Shown: positions 43,388-57,947 of the stretch, piece by piece
Layout of the letters: every line of letters starts with the position of its first letter
How positions within the stretch are numbered: the stretch's first letter is position 1
NCBI GenBank assembly: GCA_951406725.2
Contig: OX597837.1
Span: 11,160,001-11,224,000 of the forward strand
Direction: 5' to 3'
DNA: 64,000 nt
From: Octopus vulgaris
Lineage: Eukaryota
The notes under the pieces: generated by a model
Told to the model about the DNA's origin: nothing
What the model saw: only the letters and a program-made list of their open reading frames with translations
The model's database searches: none
Position numbers and translations under genes: made by a program

Positions 43388-43815
43388 CTCTTTTACTCTT
43401 TTACTTGCTTCAGTCATTTGACTGCGGTCATGCTGGAGCACCGCCTTTAGTTGAGCAAATCGACTCCCAGGACTTATTCTTTGGCAGCCTAGTACTTATT
43501 CTATCGGTCTCTTTTGCCGAACCACTAAGTTACGGGGATGTAAACACACCAGCTTCAGTTGTCAAGCGATGTTGGTGGTGGTGATGGTGGTGGGGGGTAC
43601 AAAGACAGACACACAAACATATACACACACATACATATATATATATACATATATACAATGGGCTTCTTTCAGTTTCCGTCTACCAAATCCACTCACAAGG
43701 CTTTGGTTGACCCGAGGCTATAGTAGAAGACGCTTGCCCAAGGTGCCACGCAGTGGGACTGAACCCGAAACCATGCGGTTGGTAAGCAAGCTACTTACCA
43801 CACAGCCACTCTTGC
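43388..43815 (-). mobile_element. SINE family A
   Basis: Full copy. Confidence 0.9.
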
Positions 43816-43887
43816 TCAGAAATAGCGTGAAAACTAGTCGCAGAGGACAGCATCTTCATCAATATAGTATCAAAAATAAAGTATATA

Positions 43888-44315
43888 GGCGCAGGAGTGG
43901 CTGTGTGGTAAGTAGCTTGCTTACCAACCACATGGTTCCGGGTTCAGTCCCACTGCGTGGCATCATGGGAAAGTGTCTTCTGCTATAGCCTCGGGCCGAC
44001 TAATGCCTTGTGAGTGGATTTGGTAGACGGAAACTGAAAGAAGCCTGTCGTATATATGTATATATATATATATGTATGTATGTGTGTGTGTGTATGTTTG
44101 TGTGTCTGTGTTTGTCTCTCTAGCATTGCTTGACAACCGATGCTGGTGTGTTTACGTCCCCGTCACTTAGCGGTTCGGCAAAAGAGACCGATAGAATAAG
44201 TACTGGGTTAACAAAGAATAAGTCCCGGGGTCGATTTACTCGACTAAAGGCGGTGCTCCAGCATGGCCACAGTCAAATGACTGAAACAAGTGAAAGAGTA
44301 AAAGAGTAAGAGTAA
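43888..44315 (+). mobile_element. SINE family A
   Basis: Full copy, oriented away from the previous one. Confidence 0.9.
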
Positions 44316-44759
44316 AATATGAAAAATAAAATACATCAGGAAGTCATTGAGAGACGAAGGAGATATTTTACCAAAATATCCAACATATGTAATGGATGTT
44401 GTTAATTTGTAATTCACTAAAATAGAGGAACAGTTGTGCTCTAAAATTACTAATTGATTAAGTACCAAATGAACGTTTAGTTTATCCTTAGTTGAATACA
44501 CCTCGATAAAAAAAAATCGCTTCTGTTCAATATCAATACATATTCTCGGGAAGATTCTATAACTTTGCCTGCTTTGAATCTGCTGTTCGAAATAGGTAAA
44601 GAAAAAGCAGAAGAATTTGATACGTTTCTAGAGAAAAACAAAAAAGAAAACAAACAAAAAACTGTAGTGGTTTGTATTATCGATGATGCATTTCTGATCA
44701 TGAAATTTGAAAAACTTATTGAATTTGATTCCCATCTGTGAACCCACATTCAAAATATT

Positions 44760-45260
44760 TGACAGTGGGTCATGCGAATCATGAGGTCGGCAACGCCAAT
44801 TGCTGCCATTTTTCTAAAGAATATTGAAGCTGAAAACAAGCATTGTTGACTGCAGAGATAAAAATTTCTATGTAAAAATAAAACTAGGGTTTTTGATAAT
44901 CCGAGATAGATATTTCAATATATTCACACGAAACCGTTATCGAAATGAAAGTTTTCAATATCATGCAATCAAAATCATTTCAAGATAAACGCAGAAAATT
45001 ACAAATCTTCTGCAACTCTTCCCTCAGTAACCATAACTTTGGAACTTATGCTCAGCAAGAATATGGAAAATGTTTGCATTGGATTGGAAAAGAAGATGGA
45101 ACCATTTCTAAAAGCCATTCCAAATAATTCGTATCGGAAGTACGCCCACATTGGTTGCAAACTACGTATAGAAACAAGTTTTTCATTTCAGAGAGCAAAA
45201 AAAGAAAACCAATAATTTGTGACATCATCGTATCATTAGAACCAACTACTTTCACCAGAA
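44760..45260 (+). pseudogene. Possible decayed Penelope/Poseidon-type RT remnant
   Basis: Broken frames give IMRSATPIAAIFLKNIE (cf. MGSPxSPxxAxIFMxxxE) and YRKYAHIG (cf. YRKPTHTG). Confidence 0.3.
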
Positions 45261-45902
45261 GATATATTTTGCGTTCAAATTCAAATAAACACATCATTTT
45301 AAGAAAAACTTACAGAGGTTTTTATTCTAAGCATAAAATAGAGAAGCTATGAAAAATTGTCCGGTTCAATATTGGATTGATTTCAGAAACGCAATCAGGC
45401 AAAAAATGTTTAGCAGCGTTGCCAACCAAAGGAAGTAAATTTCTTCTGCGAGGCAGGTATTAGATCGCCTTCTTAGTTACCATGTTATTATCAGTACGAA
45501 TACGCTTGATGCACGTTCGAACTGGGGAACAAGCTACTCACTGCGTTTTGTCACGGAGAATATAACTCGCTTGTTGACAAATGGTGTGTATACACCTAGA
45601 TCAGCTCGCAGCGCCACCTACCTAGACTGTGAGATGTCAATATTTCGGAGTAATTGTCTCCACATCAGTGACAGACACTAAACAGGCGACACTGTGAACT
45701 AACTTAAGAGATTAACACTCTTATGCTTTTCCAGTCACTGTACGATGACGGGTAGCGCTATGTGGCTACCAGTCATCGTACACCCTGTATTCTAATGCAT
45801 CTTTACATCATCCAACCGTGGAAGTTCGTTCGCGATGAATACATTAAAAGAAGCTTGATGAATAACATACGTATGTGTGAAGTAGAAATAACTGAAAAAT
45901 AT

Positions 45903-47048
45903 TCTTTTCTACTCTAGGAACAAGGCCCTAAATTTTTGGGGAGGGGGCCAGTCGATTAGATCGACCCCAGTACGCAACTGGTACTTAAATTATCCACCCA
46001 GAAAGGATAAAAGGCTAAGTCAACCTCTGTGGAATTTGAACTCAGAACGTAAAGACAGACGAAATGCTGCTAGGCATTTCGCCCGGCGTGCTGATGTTTC
46101 TTATTTTTTTACTGCCTACACACAGAGGGGACAAACAAGGACAGACAAACGGATTAAGTCGATTATATCGATCCCAGTGCGTAACTAGTACTTAATTTAT
46201 CGACCCCGAAAGGATAAAAGGCAAATTCGACTTCGGCGGAATTTGTTCTCAGAACGTAGCGGCAGACGAAATACCTATTTCTTTACTACTCACAAGGGGC
46301 TAAACACAGAGGGGACAAACAAGGACAAACGGATTAAGTCGATTACATCAACCCCAGTGCGTAACTGGTACTTATTTAATTGACCCGAAAGGATGAAAGG
46401 CAAAGTCGACCTCGGCGGAATTTGTTCTCAGAACGTAGCGGCAGACGAAATACCTATTTCTTTACTACTCACAAGGGGCTAAACACAGAGGGGACAAACA
46501 AGGACAAACGGATTAAGTCGATTACATCAACCCCAGTGCGTAACTGGTACTTATTTAATTGACCCCGAAAGGATGAAAGGCAAAGTCGACCTCGGCGGAA
46601 TTTGAACTCAGAACGTAGCGGCAGACGAAATACCTATTTCTTTATTACCCACAAGGGGCTAAACATAGAGAGGACAAACAAGGACAGACATAGGTATTAA
46701 GTCGATTATATCGACCCCAGTGCGTAACTGGTACTTAATTTATCGACCCCGAAAGGATGAAAGGCAAAGTCGACCTCGGCGGAATTTGAACTCAGAACGT
46801 AGCGGCAGACGAAATACCTATTTCTTTATTACCCACAAGGGGCTAAACATAGAGAGGACAAACAAGGACAGACATAGGTATTAAGTCGATTATATCGACC
46901 CCAGTGCGTAACTGGTACTTAATTTATCGACCCCGAAAGGATGAAAGGCAAAGTCGACCTCGGCGGAATTTGAACTCAGAACGTAGCGGCAGACGAAATA
47001 CCGATAAGCATTTCGCCCGGCGTGCTAACGTTTTTGCCAGCTCGCCGC
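45903..47048 (-). mobile_element. SINE family B tandem array (head plus about 5 units of 179-184 bp) and an adjacent monomer
   Basis: gcagacgaaatacctatttc recurs at 46262, 46441, 46621 and 46805. Confidence 0.92.
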
Positions 47049-47789
47049 TTTACTAACTGAAAAATATTGCCTTATCTTACGAATGAGAGAAACGCCAGTA
47101 TAGCAAGTGTAAACTAAATATAACAGCCACGTTAACATACACCTTGCTATACATAAAAATATTAAGTAAACTTTGATACAGAGAATAAAGACATACTGTG
47201 GAGCGAATTATTAACAATTCAAGAAAGTGAGGCTATTATTTGGTACAACGATGTAAGAATATGTGCTCTCTCTTTCTCTCTCTCCCTCTCTCCCTCTCTC
47301 TAATGAAAGTTACTCGTCTTGTATGAAGCTACTTTAAGAAAGCCGCGAACAAACATTTTATATATATATAGGCCTGATGAAATATTTATGACTGTATTTA
47401 ATTCTATTATGATGTAAATATCAAAACGAGAATTTAGCTTTTCCAACCAACATACAATTTATCATGGGAAAATTTAGATCCTATATTACTGTGCTCTATT
47501 CTTATATATAAATGGAATTGGATTGTGCAGTCTTGGAAAAATATTCCTTAAGATAAAGACAGTATCGTCGCGTTTGGAAATCGTTTGATGATAGGTCTAC
47601 TCTCACAACCAAAATAGGATTAAGCAATAACAGCATTTTAGCAACTGGCTTACGGCTGAGTGTCCGTCCATACGGTCAGTGAACTTATATCACAAATAGT
47701 CAAATTGCCTTCATATTGCACATCTCTGAATAATGCAATCCTAGAAGTGCTACGTATGAAACAAAAACATGGGATGATCATGATTGCAA

Positions 47790-48420
47790 CAACTTTGATC
47801 ACATCTCATTTAGTTATAACTTCGATCATAACTCATTTGGTCATATCTTCGGTCATAACTCATTTGATGATGACTTCGATCATAAATCAGTCATAACTTC
47901 TATCATAACTCAGTCATAATTTCGACCATAACTCATTTGGTCATATCTTCGATCATAACTCATTTGGTCATATCTTCGATCATAACTCATTTGATGATGA
48001 CTTCGATCATAAATCAGTCATAACTTCTATCATAACTCAGTCATAATTTCGACCATAACTCATTTGGTCATATCTTCGATCATAAATCATTTGGTCATAT
48101 CTTCGATCATAACTCATTTGATGATGACTTCGATCATAAATCAGTCATAACTTCTATCATAACTCAGTCATAATTTCGACCATAACTCATTTGGTCATAT
48201 CTTCGATCATAACTCATTTGGTCATATCTTCGATCATAACTCATTTGGTCATAACTTCGATCATAACTCATTTGGTCATAACTTCGATCATAATACATTT
48301 GGTCATATCTTCGATCATAACTCACTTGGCCATAACTTCGATTTATAACTCATTTGGTCATAACTTCGATCATAATTCATTTAATCATAACTTCGATCAT
48401 AACACAATTGATGACAACTT
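47790..48420. repeat. 27-bp minisatellite with a 127-bp higher-order repeat
   Basis: Unit cataactcatttggtcatatcttcgat; variant gatgatgac at 47866, 47993 and 48120. Confidence 0.9.
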
Positions 48421-48761
48421 CGCACAGAGTTGAAACGCTATTTGATTTTATTTTTCAGCGTACAATTTTCATCTTCACACAACCAAGTATGACATCACCC
48501 CTTCCTGCCTTATTCATCTATCACCCCTTCCTTTCTCATTCATAAACACAAGAGTTTTATTATAGTAGACTATCTCGGTCACCATGGGAGCTATGAAAAA
48601 TACAAAAGCCTTAAGGAGGGTCAAAGCTGGGAACATAAAAATGACAGTGGAGACATACAAGGAAGCCGAACGAAAACAAACATGGAAGGTCGTTAGAGCA
48701 GAACGAGAGGAAAATAGTGAACGCTGGGAGAAATATTTTATTGAAAAGGGAAAATATAGAA

Positions 48762-48821
<60 letters not shown>

Positions 48822-49294
48822 AAGACACATCCGCTCGTTTAAACGTCCGTAACGGAAAAGAAAAGATGGTAACGCGAGGAAAAAAAGATGGACGATGGTT
48901 AGCACCAGTGGGAACGGCGGTGGCGAACTGAGGTTTAGAAAAGTGTGTGTGTGTGTGTGCGTGTGCGTGTTTGTGTGTTTGTATGTGTAAAACTGACCGT
49001 CTTGCTTTCTTCACTGGCTGTCAAATGTTGACGTTTCCTGTCAGTCAGATTATGACGTTTCCTCCTGTCAGTCAAATTATGAACAGACTTTTCCTGTGCG
49101 AATATAAACAGGTGTTTGTTTGCTTTACCGAGAAAGAAAAAAAATGAAAAATCTACTTGTAGATATTTCGTGGCCACGAATTTATTCGTTGTCAAAATAA
49201 GATGTTATTGAAAAGGGAAAATATTGAAGAGGGAGAGAGATGTGCTAATTGAATTTGGTCTGTCATGAAAGATTTATTAACATAACGTACTTTT

Positions 49295-49465
49295 TTACTT
49301 GTTTCAGTCATTTGACTGCGGCCATGCTGGAGCACCGCCTTTAGTTGAACAAATCGACCCCAGGACGTATTCAGTGCAAGCCTAGTACTTATTCTATCGG
49401 GCTCCTTTTACCGAACCGCTAAGTTACGGGGACGTAAACACATCAGCATCAGTTGTCAAGCGATG
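49295..49465 (-). mobile_element. SINE family A, 3' half
   Basis: Tail similarity. Confidence 0.8.
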
Positions 49466-50203
49466 TCTTCCAACTTCAGCCATATGTAGAAGCTGGCTTT
49501 TTCGACCGCCTCCTAATAAGGAGAATACTCTCCTTATTAGCTTTCTCAGTTCCGAGCTAGAAAATGCAAATCTTCTTTTGAATAACGTCGTAAAGATGAA
49601 AAATAAAATAATGGGGAATGATTAAGTATTTTCTCCATCCAAATTGCTGACCATATTCATAGGAGTATCTTGAGTGCATTTACACTTGTATACTGTTAAC
49701 ATTTTCTAGAATAAAGTCACAATCAGTTATACAAGTTGTGCTTTCAATAAATATCGCGTGATGGATGAAGAATTTAATTCTGCATAGAGTTTGTCTCAGT
49801 AGGTTTATTCTGCTATTTATATAACAATTAGTTAATCTGCATTTCTGTTCATAATTTCCAGAAAAAAAGTGCTTTAAATTTCATTTTCTTACTATAACAA
49901 AGTAACGATTCATAATTACAGCTAATGAAATTTCGCTTATGTTCTCCAACGTGATCTTGTTCGGTTCCCCATCGTTATTGCTGCAGGGGCCGTGTCTAGC
50001 CGTGTTGTTCGCAGCGGTTTTTTCTGTATGGTGAATTGAATTTTGCAAATATAGCTGCAATATTTTAACGGAACAAAAAATTTCAAATAAGATTTGAAGA
50101 ATGATAACCAATTATTTAACAAGGTTGGTGGCTGTATTATTAATGAATAGACTGCAACGCAAAATGTATTCCTGCTTACGTCAAGCATCCATATACATAT
50201 GTT

Positions 50204-50281
<78 letters not shown>

Positions 50282-50284
50282 ACA

Positions 50285-50325
<41 letters not shown>

Positions 50326-51542
50326 TGTATGTGTATATGTATGAATGGGCGTATGTAGGAACAATGTATGTATGTGTATGTGTGTAGATATGTAAGTATG
50401 TAAGCACATGTGCATATGAATGCATGTATGCATGCATGTATGAACGTGTATATGTGTGGGTGTGTGTATGGAAGAATACATATACGTGTTAGTGCATGTA
50501 TGTACGAATATATGTATTCATATATACACTCATACATGCATAGATACATACATAAATACATACATACATGTGTATAGTTGTATTTATGTATGTATGCATG
50601 TATGTATATATATGTATGTATATATGTATGTATGTTTGTACGTATGTATTTATGAATGCATGCATGTATGTATGTATGTAAATATATATGTATGTATGCA
50701 TGAATGTACGTACGTATGTATGTTAGTATGTATGTATATATACAAACATATATACATACCTACAAACATACATACATATATACATACATACATACATATG
50801 TATGTATGTATATATGCATATATGTATGTATGCATATATGTATATATGAATATATGTATGTATGTATGTATATATGTATTTATATATGTATATATGTATA
50901 TATGTATGTATGTATGTATATATGTATTTATATATGTATATATGTATATATGCATATATGTATGTATGTATGTATATATGCATGTATGTATGTATGTATG
51001 TATGTATGTATGTATGTATGTATGTATGCTTGTATGTATGTATATATGTATGCATGTATGTATGTATGTATGTATGCATGTATGCATGCATGTGTGCGTG
51101 TGTTGACTTTACAATTCTGAATTTCTTCGAATTCTTTGTAAAAGCAGGAAACTAATCGCCAACAAAGAAACAAAAGCAGCGCCGATGGAAATCAGCGAAC
51201 AATAACGATACTTGCAACGTTACAAAAGTCGTGCGTGTCTATGTATGCACGTGGGCATGTGTTTTGTGTGAAAGAATGTCGTGCATGTATGTTGCTATAC
51301 CAGATCACGTGGGAGCTACCTCAGTTACATGTGACCCAATAATTGCATGATTGGCTCATCGAGGAATAAACTGACAGTCCTCAACAAGCGTTTTTGGTAA
51401 GAGGAGTGATTTTTGGACATCCTAAAAGCTGAAGGACAAGGCCTGTTAAAAAGCAGATGAACAGATAGAAGTCACTGCCCGTTCGGTAACATGTGCATAT
51501 CTATAATAAACATGTGTGTGTGTGTTTAGTGGCACGTTTACC

Positions 51543-51810
51543 TCTTTTACTCTTTTATTTGTTTCAGTTGTTTGACTGCGGCCATGCTGGAGCACCGCCT
51601 TTAGTCGAGCAGATCGCTCCCCAGGACTTATTCTTTGTAAGCCTAGTACTTATTCTGTCGGTCTCTTTTGCCGAACCGCTAAGTTACGGGGACGTAAACA
51701 CACCAGCATCGGTTGTCAAGCGATGTTTGGGGGACAAACACAGACACACAAACATGCACACACACACACACACACACATACATACATACATACATACATA
51801 CATACATACA

Positions 51811-51873
<63 letters not shown>

Positions 51874-52043
51874 GACGGGCTTCTTTCGGTTTCCGTTTCC
51901 GTCTACCAAATCCACTCACAAGGCTTTGGTAGGCCCGAAGCTACAGTAGAAGACACTTGCTCAATGTACCACGCAGTGGGACTGAACCAGGAACCATGTG
52001 GTTGGTAAGTAAGCTACTTACCACACAGCCACTCCTACGCCTA
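51543..52043 (-). mobile_element. SINE family A, full length
   Basis: Matches the other copies. Confidence 0.9.
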
Positions 52044-52259
52044 TGTGTTTGCATATCATTCACACGAAGCATGGAATAAGTAACCCCCACATGCACAGCT
52101 TCAAGGTTAGGGGCAACAGGTCAATCGGAAAATTTGACGCAGGTAGAAACGGGCAAGGAGTCATTATGTGGGAGCAACCATCTGAAATGATATTTTGTGG
52201 CCTGGACACCTGCTAAACCTCTCTCAATATAAAGCTGAAGTTGTCTGTGTATGGCAGGT

Positions 52260-52588
52260 TTGGTAGCCTTCAACTAATACTATCTCCTCCGAGACCCTGC
52301 GGCGCAATTCGACCAAAATTGAAAGTATGATAGAAGAAGGCTTGCTCTTCCAAATCAGACCATGTTAACACCAAAATTATTTACATCAAAAAGGTGCTTT
52401 TTTTCTATGAAAATCCCTTTTTTTTACGATTTTTTGACTGCTGTGTCGCCATTTTTAGATGTATTTCAACCAGAAAAATGTTCACTTAAAGGGAATAACA
52501 AGCTACATAATGCAAAAATTTTACTTTTCAAAAATTCTAATTCTAAAGGGTCGAAACAAACCCGAGCAACGCCGGGCGATACTGCTAG
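52260..52588 (+). mobile_element. Helitron 3'-terminal fragment
   Basis: Ends cccgagcaacgccggg-cgatactg-CTAG|T; homologous to 54746-55065 in reverse. Confidence 0.75.
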
Positions 52589-52957
52589 TCTAATGCTAGA
52601 ATGAGATCTTGTGATCTCTTCAGCCATATTGGCAAACTCTTGCATTATCGAACAAGTTCAGCTGCTTTGTCTCCTTATCGGGTTGCTGGGACACATCGTG
52701 CGAAACCTAAAGAGATTGATGTGCTTCCTCACTTCTGTGTCCAGCGAGTAAGAGAGCGTGCTACATAACTTATAGGCCGCAGTCTTGTCGTGGTGGCTGT
52801 GGTTATTCCACAGACATGTGACAAGGCAATACTGTCACTTCCGTTGTTTCAAGCTCACGGAAAGTGTATTACAGCAAGGGTTTCTGACACCACCACTACC
52901 ACACACACACACACACACACATACACATACAAACATACATACATACATATATATATA

Positions 52958-53067
<110 letters not shown>

Positions 53068-53150
53068 CAAGTTAAAATCTTTATAAGATTTTACTAAGTA
53101 GCTAGCATGTAATAAAACCATATATATTTATATAATTATATATTTTGTAC

Positions 53151-53194
<44 letters not shown>

Positions 53195-53209
53195 AATCAA
53201 TTATTAGAA

Positions 53210-53253
<44 letters not shown>

Positions 53254-53909
53254 GTATATATATGTATGTATGTATATATGTATGTATGTATGTGTGTATG
53301 TGTGTATGTATGTATGTATGTATGTGTGTATGTGTGTATGTATGTATGTATGTATGTATGTATGTATGTATGTATGTATGTATATATGTATGTGTGCATT
53401 ATATATATGTATATATATATATACGCATGCGTAGTTTTCTATTTCAATCCCTGCACATCCTTCCTGCTCTTGTCCCCTTTCCGCTTTGTGCCACAGATAT
53501 ATTGCTGTCCATTGAAAGACGATAAGGTCACTGAACAGAAATGGTAGCATTGTTGTTGTTTTAATGACGACGCCGGTGATGATGATGATGATGATGATGG
53601 CGACGACGACGATGACGAAAGTGGTGATAGTCATGATGATAATGGTGGTGGTGGTGGTGGTTGGTGGTAGTGGTAGTGGTTGCTGGTAATGATGATGATG
53701 ATGATAGTGATGACGGCGACGACGACGAAAAAGGAGCACGCAAAGAAAAAGAAGAAGAAGAAAAAGAAGAAAGAAAGAAAGATGAAGAGGAAAGAAGAAG
53801 AAGAAGAGGAAAAAGAAAAGGAGAGGGAGAACAAAGAAAGATAAGAAGAAAGAAAGAAATAAAGAAAGAAGAAAAAGAGAAAAGAAAAGAAGAACAAGAA
53901 GAAGGAAGA

Positions 53910-53981
<72 letters not shown>

Positions 53982-54094
53982 GTAAAATAGAACCTGTGCG
54001 TGTCTTTATTATTGGCAGGTGAGGGAGAGAGAAAGGGGATGCGAGAAAGGGGGATGAAAGAGACTGATGTAATTTTGGTATTTTGGTATATGTT

Positions 54095-54290
54095 TGTGTG
54101 TTTGTGTTTGTCCCCATCCCCAACATCGCTTAACAATCGATGTTGGTGTGTTTACGTCCCCGTAACTTAGTGGTTCGGCAAAAGAGACCGATAGAATAAG
54201 TACTAGGCTGGGGTCGATTTGCTCGACTAAAGGCGGTGCTCCAGCATGGCCACAGTCACATGACTGAAACAAGTAAAAGAGAGTAAAAGA
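54095..54290 (+). mobile_element. SINE family A, 3' half
   Basis: Tail similarity. Confidence 0.8.
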
Positions 54291-54297
54291 AAATATG

Positions 54298-54338
<41 letters not shown>

Positions 54339-54745
54339 AAGAAAAAATAAGAAGGTTAACAGCAGGCTGTTTCACCTCATACCGAAGGAATTAGAAATGG
54401 CAGTCAAAGACCGTTTTTCCAATTTCTATAAGTGGAGAATCCAAAAGCGAAGGCCCTTACGGCTCACATACACAAAACCGGAGTGGCAAATATACGAATT
54501 CAGTCACTTACCGTTAATAGCGGACATATGTTTCTGGATCGCAAACATGGAAATCAGTTTGAATTCCGTCATCGGCGCTATATTCGATAGCTTTACTAAA
54601 TGCCACTAGCCCTCACTTCTGACCCAGCGACATCAGATAGTGGGGGGAAGAGTGCAGATGTTAAAACTAAGTGGCGACTGGGAACGTAAATTTTCCCTCC
54701 AAAATTCTGCCATGCGCGCTTTCTGGGTAATCATATATATATATA

Positions 54746-55877
54746 CTAGCAGTATCGACCGGCGTTGCTCGGGTTTGTTTCGACCCGCTGGAATTGTAAT
54801 TTTGAAAAGTAAAAATTTTGTGAACATTTTTCTGGTCGAAATACACCGAAAAGTGGTGACACAGCAGTGAAAAAATCGTAACAAATAGGGATTTTCATAG
54901 AAAAAAGCATCTTTTTGATGTAAATAATTTTTGGTGTTAACATGGTCCGATTTGAATTTTATGTTCTACGGAAGGAAGAGCAATCCTTCTTCTACCATAC
55001 TCTCAATTTTGGTCAACTTGCGCCGCAGGGTCTCGGAGGAGATAGTGTTAGTTGAAGGTTACCATTCTAGGTGCCTGAGTAACAACCTCGCGGATTTACA
55101 GATAAATGAATTAATTACTATTTTACAGAATAAAATTAAATAATTCTTGAAAATTAATTAATATTAATATTTTTTGAACAAAGTAAATAATTTTTAAAAC
55201 TTAAATAATATTTTTTTTTACACAAACGCGAACGGGGAAAAGGGGGTGGCGAATTCGATTTACATACCTAAATTTTTTCTTTTTCATGACATTGTAGCAA
55301 AATAGTAGTGAATTATATAAATACCAGCAGTACATTTTTTTTCTGGGGTATTTTTTTCAACCCTGTCACATATTTGCCCCTTTCAATTTAAACAAAGTCT
55401 TAATTAAGCAATTACGGCAGCTTAGCAATGGTTTCAATACAGGCGTGACATCTGTATCTCAATTGTTCAAAACCCTTCGAATTTTTTCGGACGTGATGAT
55501 ATCATAGTGAAAACTTTCAATTACGCGCGCTTAGAAGTACGCTCGCAAATTAATACTACCAAAATTTTGAAGTTCGTGCTCCGCTTGTGTGTGTGTGTGT
55601 GCGTGCTTTAGGTGTACGTAGGTATGTGTTTTTGTGTGTGTGTGTGTGCGTGCTTTAGGTGTACGTAGGTATGTGTTTTTGTGTGTGTGTGTCACTGAAG
55701 CCATACATACATATATACATACATAACCTCTCTCTCTCTTTTCTCTCTCAGTCACTCACTACAAAAAGTGAATAAAAAAAGTTCAGTTATTTCTGTCTTT
55801 CACTCTGTCTGTCTCTTTACACACACTAACAAAAGCACTTCACTTACACACCACACTTTCTGTGTCGCACAACCCAT

Positions 55878-55932
<55 letters not shown>

Positions 55933-56481
55933 GTACGCACACATGTACATCAATGCTTTCGGAGTGAAATGTTAAAATATTGAGTTTTCTCGAATTTTGT
56001 CTTAATTGGGGGTGAAATTGAAAGAAATATATTATGGCATGACCGAATGGAGTACTTTGAAAAATCTTAGGTAAACTCTAATTGAAGAAATTGTGTGAGG
56101 AGTAAATCGTTATGTATTTATTTGTTTCTGTTTGCTGTGTTTTTTTTTATTTTTTGAGTAGTGGTTTAAATACTTTCAGTTTAGTCTTCCTCAAATCACT
56201 CTGTCGCTATTTACTTTCATTTTATTCGTTGCACACTGTGTGTGTGCGAGTGCGTGTGGTGTAAACCACATTAAGAAAAGCATTTGACATACACACCAGA
56301 ATGTAAGTTTTCTGTAAATTTTGCTTAATTGGAGTTTAAATTTTAAAAACTGGACCTGGCATGACCCGATGCATTCTACTCTTAAAAATGCTAGATAAAT
56401 TGTAATTGAAGAAATCCTATATTGTAGATTTCTATAAGTTACAAAGGGAGGCAGATAAAATCTGCCTTTTATAATAAGAGA
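54746..56481 (-). mobile_element. Non-autonomous Helitron, apparently complete
   Basis: Minus strand: A|TCTCTTATTATAAAA 5' end, subterminal GC-rich hairpin, CTAG|T 3' end, no TSD. Confidence 0.7.
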
Positions 56482-56633
56482 TATATGTATATGTATACAC
56501 TTACATATATCTACATATGTATATATAATTAATACAAAAGAAACGAAGAAAAAACACAAGAAACAAAACAACAACGCGTGGACGTGGTACATGAAAAATA
56601 TTAGAAGACGCTCAAGGAAGGAAAGAAAGATAA

Positions 56634-56668
56634 TTTTAACGTTTCGAACAAGGCTCTTCTTCAGAAAC
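56634..56668 (-). ncRNA. Minimal hammerhead-like motif (same family as 273-307)
   Basis: gttt-CTGAAGA-a-gagc(ctt)gttc-GAAA-cg-TT-aaaa, within a homologous fragment at about 56530-56700. Confidence 0.55.
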
Positions 56669-57179
56669 AGGAGACAGAGGAAGGTCTAGGAGAAAACGCG
56701 GTTGTCCTGCACCGAGGAAGCGAAATAACCCAGAAACCATTGGTCTGTTGGTACTGCCAAAGGCTTGAAGGGCACAGTAATCTTACAGTATGTCTAGGAC
56801 ATAGAGCATGTGTCGAAAAACCTGCTGGAAAACATGTTTTTCTGGGGTTAAAAAGTAGTAACATAATTCTAGTCAGGACTTCCACGTTATGTTGGCATAT
56901 AAAGTTTACTATATATATATATATATATATATATATGGACACCACACCTACATACATATCAATATGTATGCATATTGATAATACATGCATGCATATATAT
57001 ATATACGTGTATATATATATACACACTATGCATGAATTTCCTACTGAAACGTTCTTATCTAGACAATTTATGGACTTGTGCCAATATCGGAAATCAATTA
57101 TGAGATTACACGATACACACACACACATATATCATATACATGCATATATTATATAAATGCATATGTATTTTTATATATG

Positions 57180-57272
<93 letters not shown>

Positions 57273-57379
57273 ATATATATATATATATATACACCTCCAT
57301 ATATTTTACATATATACATTTTACATATGTGTACATTTATATATATTTATGCCTGTGTCTGCATATGCACATGTATATG

Positions 57380-57422
<43 letters not shown>

Positions 57423-57947
57423 ACATATGTAGATAGCTACCTATCTATCTATCTATCTATGTATCTCTCTCTCTCCTTCTGTAAATATAAATACATTTCT
57501 GTGTGTGTGTGTATGTATATATATATATATATATATACACACACATACACACACAAATACACACTCGTGCTATTCGGAACAAGTGCAAATGTGCAAAGTT
57601 TATTCTTTCTAATCATTATCGTTCAGCAGAATTCTTCTGTTCTGGAGATGCTGAACCGAATTAATAAATTGTATCGATATATTGATATGCAAAAATATAG
57701 AACTTCTTTGAAGTTCCAACGTTACATTCCTGCGTCAGTCGGTTTCTTATTAACACAATGTTGTCTTTGAGACTCCTCCACTCTGTTAGATTTTTTTTAT
57801 CAAATATTATCTTTGCTGAACAAAATTTAGAAATACATTTTTTATGATTAAGAGAGTGTTCATCACCGTGGATAGATATCCTCCACTCTTCGTCATGTTT
57901 GCTTCGTTTTTCTTATTTTTATTTTGATGTGTTCATGCATACACATG

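Noticed and set aside
46100-48420. CRISPR-like regular arrays
   Set aside because: No unique spacers, no cas genes, eukaryotic context; these are SINE multimers and a minisatellite
48584-48931. 115-aa ATG-initiated ORF
   Set aside because: Runs through a (GA)n tract and has no domain signal
49915-50025. Possible GC-richer exon on the minus strand
   Set aside because: Plausible acceptor but weak donor, and no recognisable protein motif or neighbouring exons
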